DNA from: an uncultured virus (IMG/VR IMGVR_UViG_3300008120_000127)
Lineage: Duplodnaviria > Heunggongvirae > Uroviricota > Caudoviricetes
Length of the DNA stretch: 20,000 nucleotides
Reading direction: 5' to 3' (one strand)
IMG/VR virus record: IMGVR_UViG_3300008120_000127
Positions 10,330-16,726 of this stretch are shown piece by piece (the first letter of the stretch is position 1; each line of letters opens with the position of its first letter). The notes beneath the pieces were generated by a model. That model was not told the origin of the DNA. It saw only the letters and a list, made by a program, of their open reading frames with translations, and did not search any database. Position numbers and translations under genes: made by a program.

Positions 10330-11936
10330 GAGTAATCAACTTTTATCGGAGCATATACCTCTTCAATCCCATCTATGTAAACACCGGAAATGGATGCATA
10401 ACCAGAAAAAGATGTTGTAGCTTTTTCTTCTGCTTCCAGTATTAATTTAGCGTCAGCATAGTCGCCAACGCCTGGTTGATAATATTGTGGCGATGCGCTA
10501 GTTTCGACATCGTATATTGCAGGGATTGAAGATATTCCTTCTCCGTCTGCTCCGCCGTAATCCCAATAACCTTCTTCCCATCTTACATAGCCAATATTTG
10601 ATGGGTATCTTTCATTTATGCTTTCAATTAAATCAACAAATGGCTTTAAAGGTTTGCCAGAAGGAGTGAACCATGGAGTTGTTTTTTCCATGTCAGAAAT
10701 TTCAATAACATCCGGAGTGGCTCCAATATAATTAGAATCTGGCTCAACACCGTAGGCCTTCCAAATGTCTAGCTCTCTTCTTACTGTTCTCTTGAATCCA
10801 TCTATATGCGCTGCTGGATAGTTTAAAGCTACGTCAAGAATTCTCTTTTTGTATCTGGCATTAGTCTCCAATAGAAGTCTAGGAAGACCTACCTTTGCAC
10901 CGAACTCATCAAAGTTATTTGGAACATGCAGGGGATACTGATCATATTCAACATCATTGATTGTTAATGATGAAAACTCTCGCATACATATTATTTGCTT
11001 ATTCGTCTGACTGTAATAATATACATAATCAGTCAATTGAGACTTATAAAAAGAAGCTAGACTATCCATCTGTATTAACGGAACATCATCGCCTAAAACC
11101 TTTAGGATATTAACAGGAACATCGTAAGACACATAGGCCCAAGCCAGCATGTTTTCATCTGCGCTTGATATATAGTGGTTGATGTCATATAGGTTTAATT
11201 CGTTATCAAAGTTATCAAGAGACTCTTGGACAAGAGCTGTTAAAAATTTTCCAGCGGTAGAGCTGGGGACAAACAAGGACGGAGTTGCTGGATTTTCCGA
11301 ATCCGCAAACATATCTGTCCATGTTGGGAATCTCTTTAGAATATTTCTTGCATGTTCAGACGCTACAGGGGCAATTGGATCATGTATACCAATTTCCAAA
11401 TAAAATAAAAGACCTAAATCGCTAGTATCTAAAGTTTCAGTAAATATTTCTAACTCTATTTTTATCCAAGGTTTGCAGTCCCTAACAAAGATGACATTTG
11501 AATCAAAAGACAGAATCGACTTTAACCACGGACCATCCTCCGAATCTGATTCATACATCTGAAGATTAAAAGTTGGGACTTCTGTTCCAGGAAGATTGGT
11601 GAATAAATGCTTGTAGGCTAGAACGTCTATCTTGGATGTTGTGTCTATGAATCTCAAAAGAGATGGTGTGGCGTCGTCATAAACGATTTCACCGATATCT
11701 GTTACGTATGCTGCATTGTCTGATAGCGGCGTTGCAACGTCGCCGTTATAAGATGGGGAAGTGAGCTCAAGTCCAACATAGGTATTATCACCTATTGTAT
11801 TGAGGCCATACCTTGATCTGACATAAGAATAATTGGTGAAAGAGCTATTTTTGTATAGGTTTATAGCACTACTTGTCCATGTGTTGCCAGACTTATTGAA
11901 GTCCCCACTTTTTAAAAGTAACAAATACTGCTTCAT
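10302..11936 (-). CDS. Putative baseplate wedge-associated protein (544 aa; gpI/gp48-like motif)
   Basis: AAGGA RBS 6 nt before the ATG at 11936 (the ORF-track start at 11939 is TTG). It directly follows the J-like gene. FDEFGAKVGLPRL..ETNARYKKRIL resembles the LD-x-x-G...R...E-x-D-x-x-YR-x-RI wedge motif. The N-terminal part is jelly-roll-like (DGPW...PWIKIELEI). Confidence 0.65.
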   Translation of the reverse strand: MKQYLLLLKSGDFNKSGNTWTSSAINLYKNSSFTNYSYVRSRYGLNTIGDNTYVGLELTSPSYNGDVATPLSDNAAYVTDIGEIVYDDATPSLLRFIDTTSKIDVLAYKHLFTNLPGTEVPTFNLQMYESDSEDGPWLKSILSFDSNVIFVRDCKPWIKIELEIFTETLDTSDLGLLFYLEIGIHDPIAPVASEHARNILKRFPTWTDMFADSENPATPSLFVPSSTAGKFLTALVQESLDNFDNELNLYDINHYISSADENMLAWAYVSYDVPVNILKVLGDDVPLIQMDSLASFYKSQLTDYVYYYSQTNKQIICMREFSSLTINDVEYDQYPLHVPNNFDEFGAKVGLPRLLLETNARYKKRILDVALNYPAAHIDGFKRTVRRELDIWKAYGVEPDSNYIGATPDVIEISDMEKTTPWFTPSGKPLKPFVDLIESINERYPSNIGYVRWEEGYWDYGGADGEGISSIPAIYDVETSASPQYYQPGVGDYADAKLILEAEEKATTSFSGYASISGVYIDGIEEVYAPIKVDYSWYLSLESA

Positions 11937-11942
11937 CAATTA

Positions 11943-11947
11943 TCCTT
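11943..11947 (-). promoter_or_regulatory. Shine-Dalgarno site (AAGGA), representative of those before nearly every gene in the operon
   Basis: AAGGA/AGGAG/GGAG/GAGGA lie a few nt before the ATGs at 16717, 14522, 13517, 13134, 11936, 7405/7402 and 4261. The 14154 gene is coupled by an ATGA overlap. Confidence 0.7.
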
Positions 11948-11964
11948 AAATATTAATTTGTAAA

Positions 11965-13134
11965 TTAATAATTTGTTCCACCCATTATAACAGAACTAAT
12001 GTTTATTGCGCCTGCTACTGGATATTTTTTAACTGTATCTAACGAAAAATCAACGAGTGGCATATTTGAGCCGTCCGCAAGCATTGCGCTTATATAGCAG
12101 CTGCGAATATAATCTGATGATAATTTAATTTGTCTTTCAATCTCTGACATAGAAACCATATCGCCTACAGTAAGCGAATTCAAGTATCTCTTCACAAAGA
12201 GCGATGCTTGGTTTCTGACTCCGCTAGCCAGATTTTCGCTCAAGCCCATCGGCAAAGTAATGGTAGCCTCTATGTTGATGCTAACTCTTTCTGCAATTCT
12301 GACATTAAATCTAACACCAATTGGCTTTACTGCACTTACAGCAACCATGACTCTTTGAGGGAGATTAGACATATCGGTAGCTGTTTCTGGTACGATTATT
12401 ACGTCACAGGAGCCAACGCCATACGTGCCCTCTCTAATTCTAACGTCCCTGACCCCTCTGACCGCTAGAGCAGCAAATCTTACAGACTCAACTGTACCAG
12501 GCGCCTTAGCCTTTATGGAAGCTATGATTCTTCTTCTAAAATTAGTGTCTGACTCTGCGCTTGTATTGGAATATACTTCTTTGGGGTTTGAGCAAAATAT
12601 AATTACTCCTGCGGGAGAAAATGCGTTATGTTTAGTAAGCGTACTTACGGGCGCCACATAGGCGTTGTCCGTAAAGTTAGGGTCAACTCTTCCGTAAGCT
12701 CTGGTAGATCCTCTGCCTATAATTACATCTCCAGCTAGCTTATAAGTATATTGTTTTGTAATAAAATTAGACACATCATTATATACTAAAGTCCCTGATG
12801 GTATAGTGACATCGGAACTATGTGGCTTGTCTATAAAAAACTGAATATTAAAAGATTCACGATCTTGACTTGAATAATCGCTAATATTTCTTCTAGTTAT
12901 GCCATATAAATCGCCTATTAAGTCAAGGTTACGACCTGATGCTGTCATTAGATCACCTTGGGTAAGGTTGAATCTTAATGCCTCATAAAGATCAGAAACT
13001 TCACTAGTGAAAGCTTCCGCAAACGCTCTAGCTATAGAGCCCGGGTAGACTGCAGATATGCCTGCGTTTTTTTGTAAGCCGTTTAAAACATTAACTAATA
13101 TATCAGCTTTATTTTTTATTCCATATATTGGCAT
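11965..13134 (-). CDS. Baseplate J-like wedge protein (P2 gpJ / Mu gp47 family)
   Basis: PGSIARAFAE, ASGRNLDLIGDLYGITR, VTIPSGTLV, AESDTNFRRRI..., GTVESVRFAALAVRGV, GSCDVII and VKPIGV are hallmark motifs of baseplate J proteins. 389 aa; AGGAG RBS. Confidence 0.92.
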   Translation of the reverse strand: MPIYGIKNKADILVNVLNGLQKNAGISAVYPGSIARAFAEAFTSEVSDLYEALRFNLTQGDLMTASGRNLDLIGDLYGITRRNISDYSSQDRESFNIQFFIDKPHSSDVTIPSGTLVYNDVSNFITKQYTYKLAGDVIIGRGSTRAYGRVDPNFTDNAYVAPVSTLTKHNAFSPAGVIIFCSNPKEVYSNTSAESDTNFRRRIIASIKAKAPGTVESVRFAALAVRGVRDVRIREGTYGVGSCDVIIVPETATDMSNLPQRVMVAVSAVKPIGVRFNVRIAERVSINIEATITLPMGLSENLASGVRNQASLFVKRYLNSLTVGDMVSMSEIERQIKLSSDYIRSCYISAMLADGSNMPLVDFSLDTVKKYPVAGAINISSVIMGGTNY

Positions 13135-13136
13135 TA

Positions 13137-13517
13137 TTATACTCCTAAAGTTTGACTAACAGAAAGAATTATTGGCTCATTAATATCAGATATTATATGA
13201 ATATCAAATCTAATCACATCTCTGCTAGTTGGTACTGCCTTAATTTGAATACCCCTACCCTTAAAAAGGCCTTCCTTTTGAATGCCAGCCATTATCAATG
13301 CCTTACCAAACTCAGCCGTTTCTTTTGTTTGTGGTAAGCCATAAAGCCTAGATAAGTCAACGCCAAGCTGAGGATATATATAGAAGTCTCCAGGCTCAGT
13401 CATTATTCTTAAGTAAATTTGCTGGACATCTTCATGCATAGAGGAGGGTGCTAGGGCAATGTCTTTATTGCCATCTAACATAAAGTCTCCATTTAGCGTT
13501 AAATACAAATCACTCAT
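13137..13517 (-). CDS. gp25/gpW-like baseplate wedge (sheath initiator) protein
   Basis: 126 aa with GD-F-x-L...DIAL, QQIYLRIMTEPGDFYIYPQLGVDL (the T-x-x-GE...P-x-x-G motif). It lies immediately upstream of the J-like gene; AAGGA RBS. Confidence 0.88.
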   Translation of the reverse strand: MSDLYLTLNGDFMLDGNKDIALAPSSMHEDVQQIYLRIMTEPGDFYIYPQLGVDLSRLYGLPQTKETAEFGKALIMAGIQKEGLFKGRGIQIKAVPTSRDVIRFDIHIISDINEPIILSVSQTLGV

Positions 13518-14154
13518 TTGTTTCCTTTAAGGCGAGGCTATGTGCCTCCTCAAAACTGTTTCCACTTTTCATTAGTTCGACCATTAGCAATATGTGTTCT
13601 TTTGAGTGATCAGTTTGATATATTTCAAGCAGCCCTATTTGCTCATCGGTCAACCCAGTCAAATCATACTCTGACTCATATGTTTGCTGAACTTGCTCTT
13701 GCTTACTAGCAAAACCAAACTCACCTATTATAGTAATGGGAGTTTGAGTTTCTTGATCCGCATACTCTTCTATGCCATTTAAATAGTAAGCTATACCATT
13801 TGTAGCTGAATGAATATTTTTATGATTAATTTTAACAAGAGTTGGCTCTATATAGGAAGATGCGCAGTAGTTAAAGTTGTAGCTGTTCCATCTTAAACCA
13901 TCTTCTTTTGTAAAAAATCTAACAGAATCTCCAAATAAAGAAATTGATTTAGATTTTGCGCTTATAACAATACCTATGCCCGGTGCTGCAAATATCTCTA
14001 TGTCGCCACGGTCATTAAGTCTAATAAAACTTGACAGATCGGGGTGCGTTAAGCCAACTTCTCTTTCTGAAAATTCTTTTCTTTTTCTAATCTCAGCGCC
14101 TATTGGAATAGTTGGCTGCTGATAATTATCTCTTTCGATTGACTCTTTACTCAT
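13510..14154 (-). CDS. Putative spike beta-sheet/beta-helix protein (C-terminal half of a gpV/gp45-like spike)
   Basis: REVGLTHPDLSSFIRLNDRGDIEIFAAPGIGIVISAKSKSISLFG shows short beta-strand/turn periodicity like spike beta-prisms. ATGA overlap with the OB-fold gene; position between the OB-fold gene and gp25. Confidence 0.6.
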   Translation of the reverse strand: MSKESIERDNYQQPTIPIGAEIRKRKEFSEREVGLTHPDLSSFIRLNDRGDIEIFAAPGIGIVISAKSKSISLFGDSVRFFTKEDGLRWNSYNFNYCASSYIEPTLVKINHKNIHSATNGIAYYLNGIEEYADQETQTPITIIGEFGFASKQEQVQQTYESEYDLTGLTDEQIGLLEIYQTDHSKEHILLMVELMKSGNSFEEAHSLALKETNE

Positions 14155-14522
14155 GAGCAGACCATAAAATTGGGTATTCCAGTGTTAACAGTATTGTAAT
14201 ATCTATAGCTGCCCATATTTCCCGCATCGTTGTAGAAATTTATAATATATGGCTTAGCTTCATTGTTGTCGCGAAATCCCACTAGGCACCTGTTTCCTGG
14301 TGTTGGGGCGACAGATTGAACACCATTGGTTACTGGACAAACTACGTTTTTTATAACATTACCAATATTCTGGGAGTACTGGTCTTCAAGTATTACAACG
14401 GCTGTGTTTTGACGCTTATCATAAGATGCAATGACTCCGGGCCTACTTCTGGCCTTTTGCATTTCCGTTACATCTATTTGGTCTTGTATTTTTTTGTCAA
14501 ATTTAGGGTAATTAACTGGCAT
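14151..14522 (-). CDS. Spike N-terminal OB-fold protein (gp5/gpV/gp138-N-like)
   Basis: PGVIASYD...TAVV...IKNV..P...GV...P.PG.RCLVGF.DNN...PYII matches the gp5/gpV OB-fold consensus. GGAG RBS. Confidence 0.78.
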   Translation of the reverse strand: MPVNYPKFDKKIQDQIDVTEMQKARSRPGVIASYDKRQNTAVVILEDQYSQNIGNVIKNVVCPVTNGVQSVAPTPGNRCLVGFRDNNEAKPYIINFYNDAGNMGSYRYYNTVNTGIPNFMVCS

Positions 14523-14530
14523 TTTTTCTC

Positions 14531-16717
14531 CTAGCTATCTCCGTTTGCATAATTTCTTGGAAAAACTTCTCCATTCATCCATCTTTCTATATATTTAGCT
14601 GAGGAATTAGCAACTATTGGCAAGAAGACGGATGGATCAGTCGCATATACATTCCTTAACCATGTCTTAAGATCTGCTGCTGTTTTTCCTGTTCTATCAG
14701 AATAAATATCTGCTGCGTCCTGAAACTTTACGCCACCATTCATCCAGCCATAATCTTTGTACCCGTCTCCCCATACCTGGAACTGATACCCATCAAGCTT
14801 TGGATCACCAAAGGCTGGAAGCTTACCAGTACGCGCAGTATAAGCCATCCACGCTTGATTTCTAGGTATCCAAACCCTTCTATCAACTAGTGGCCTCATT
14901 TCTTCTATTACTTTATTTTTAACTCCCCCATTATAAAATAAAGAAAGGTAGTATTTATCATTTATCATTTTATTATAAGTATCTTGAGTTGGGACTGTTT
15001 CTCCAGGATAAACCAAACTCCAGTTTGCTGAAGCAATAAGCCACCCCTGCATTTGCGTTTTGCCAGTTGCATTTGTTAACTCATATGTCTTAGTTCCGTG
15101 AGCCAATCCATCATATCTTCCATACTTTTTGTTAGTTTCAGAATATCTTTTGTAGCCACCCGCACCCATATTGATCTGCAAAAATCCTAAAGAAATAAAA
15201 TCGTCATCACCAATATAAAACCCTGTAGGTCTGCAATTACTCTCTCTAACCGCAACGGCAGCGAGACAGGCTGCTAGTTCCGGCGAGCACCAGGTTTGAG
15301 TTAACACATCATACACTCCTTCTAGTCCAAGACTAAAATCCCATTGGCCATAATAGTTTGCATCTAACATATCTGCAGGGCTAGATCCAGAACCACCATA
15401 TCCGCCACCTCGCATCTGTTTTTCAATCTGTCTTTCCAGGCTGTCTGCACTACCGCTTAGGTTTGACGGACGAGATGTTACGTTTGTTGCTGAAGTAACT
15501 GGCTCTAGACCATCTATAATTCCCAAGTCTAATTTATCACTAACAACAATTGAATCTGGGATTAAATATTGTGGAACCTCTGATAACGCCTCTATTAAGA
15601 TATCCAGGGCAGAGCCGTATACAGGAACGTGATTTGGAGTGCCGTTAGTTGTCTCAACATTAAAGGATTCTTCATTTATTCTTCCGACTTCTCGTATATC
15701 TATAGCTCTACCAAAAGTGTGATCTCCTGGGGTAAATTTATCTGGCTTAATGTATTGAGGTTGATTAGGGTCTCTTCCTGCGCCAAATCCACCTGCTATA
15801 TAATAGTTCTTTTCGTGCAGAAGTATTAACAATTCTATTAGAGCTGCGGATAGAAAGGCATTTGATATTCCGAGTGTGGGCGATTGTAGTATGAGATCGT
15901 CGCTCAGAATTCTTTGACTACTATCTACCTTAGAATCAGGAAAATGAGTCGAGGAACCGTTATAAACATCTCTCGGATCAGCTGCCCACTCATTTGGAAT
16001 ATCAAATCTAAATCCGCCCATAGAGCTATCGTCACTTATTTGTGACTCATATTTAGATCTTAATAAAGTCAACCTTTCCTGATACCATCCCTTTTCCTCT
16101 AATGTAAGTTCCGCTATTAAGGCTACATCTCTTCTTCCCGCACTCTGCATCTCGCCTATTCCCGGAGAGCCAGAACCGCCAGAACCCCTATTGTTATCAG
16201 ATGGATCATCATCCTGTGATGAAGAGATCATTGTGTTTCTTATAATTTGCAAGGAATTTTCCACAAAAGTATTTCCAATGTTTTTTCCAACCATACTTTT
16301 TGACAAAATTTTATTCCATGCGGCGGCTCCTGTTAAGGTTGCATTATTTGAGCCAGTTGGATTACCTTCTCCGTCAACACTAAAATCTGTTGCTTCCGGA
16401 TTAGGTATTGAGATTGTGGCATTTTCAGGAGTAGTAGCAGATGCAGCTGCAGCTCCGCCTGTAATTAGCCCATTTAAAGATCCAGATATGCTTGCATTCA
16501 TCGCTGCTATTGGATACTTTTTACTTCTATTAAGAAGGTCTCCTGCCATAACTCCAGTCACATCAAATGAACTTAAGGTCCTACCCGTAGCGGGAGGAGC
16601 TAATGAAGCACTGGTATTGAGGACTGGCGATTTTCCGCCAGGATAAAAATCACCATGTATTGTTTTTGCAAAAGAGGCACTATCAGAAAGGGATTGCGCA
16701 TTTATACTAAAAGACAT
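14531..16717 (-). CDS. Tail-associated peptidoglycan hydrolase: M15/Hedgehog-DD-peptidase-like plus SLT/lysozyme-like domains
   Basis: GDHTFGRAIDI fits the H-x-x-G-x-A-x-D Zn motif. LAAVAVRESNC...SLGFLQIN...PRNQAWMAY...FQVWG fits the SLT/GH23 motifs (catalytic ES, GL-x-QI). Domains are separated by G/S-rich linkers. AAGGA RBS. Confidence 0.78.
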   Translation of the reverse strand: MSFSINAQSLSDSASFAKTIHGDFYPGGKSPVLNTSASLAPPATGRTLSSFDVTGVMAGDLLNRSKKYPIAAMNASISGSLNGLITGGAAAASATTPENATISIPNPEATDFSVDGEGNPTGSNNATLTGAAAWNKILSKSMVGKNIGNTFVENSLQIIRNTMISSSQDDDPSDNNRGSGGSGSPGIGEMQSAGRRDVALIAELTLEEKGWYQERLTLLRSKYESQISDDSSMGGFRFDIPNEWAADPRDVYNGSSTHFPDSKVDSSQRILSDDLILQSPTLGISNAFLSAALIELLILLHEKNYYIAGGFGAGRDPNQPQYIKPDKFTPGDHTFGRAIDIREVGRINEESFNVETTNGTPNHVPVYGSALDILIEALSEVPQYLIPDSIVVSDKLDLGIIDGLEPVTSATNVTSRPSNLSGSADSLERQIEKQMRGGGYGGSGSSPADMLDANYYGQWDFSLGLEGVYDVLTQTWCSPELAACLAAVAVRESNCRPTGFYIGDDDFISLGFLQINMGAGGYKRYSETNKKYGRYDGLAHGTKTYELTNATGKTQMQGWLIASANWSLVYPGETVPTQDTYNKMINDKYYLSLFYNGGVKNKVIEEMRPLVDRRVWIPRNQAWMAYTARTGKLPAFGDPKLDGYQFQVWGDGYKDYGWMNGGVKFQDAADIYSDRTGKTAADLKTWLRNVYATDPSVFLPIVANSSAKYIERWMNGEVFPRNYANGDS

Positions 16718-16726
16718 AATTTATCC

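Noticed and set aside
11940..11964. AT-rich intergenic gap as promoter or terminator
   Set aside because: Only ~25 nt including the RBS; no GC stem or convincing -35/-10 pair.
14520..14533. Possible stop-codon reassignment (TAG/TGA recoding as in some large phages)
   Set aside because: Standard code already gives near-complete coding density. The single TAG is followed by an RBS and an out-of-frame ATG, and the TGA stops sit in start-stop overlaps.
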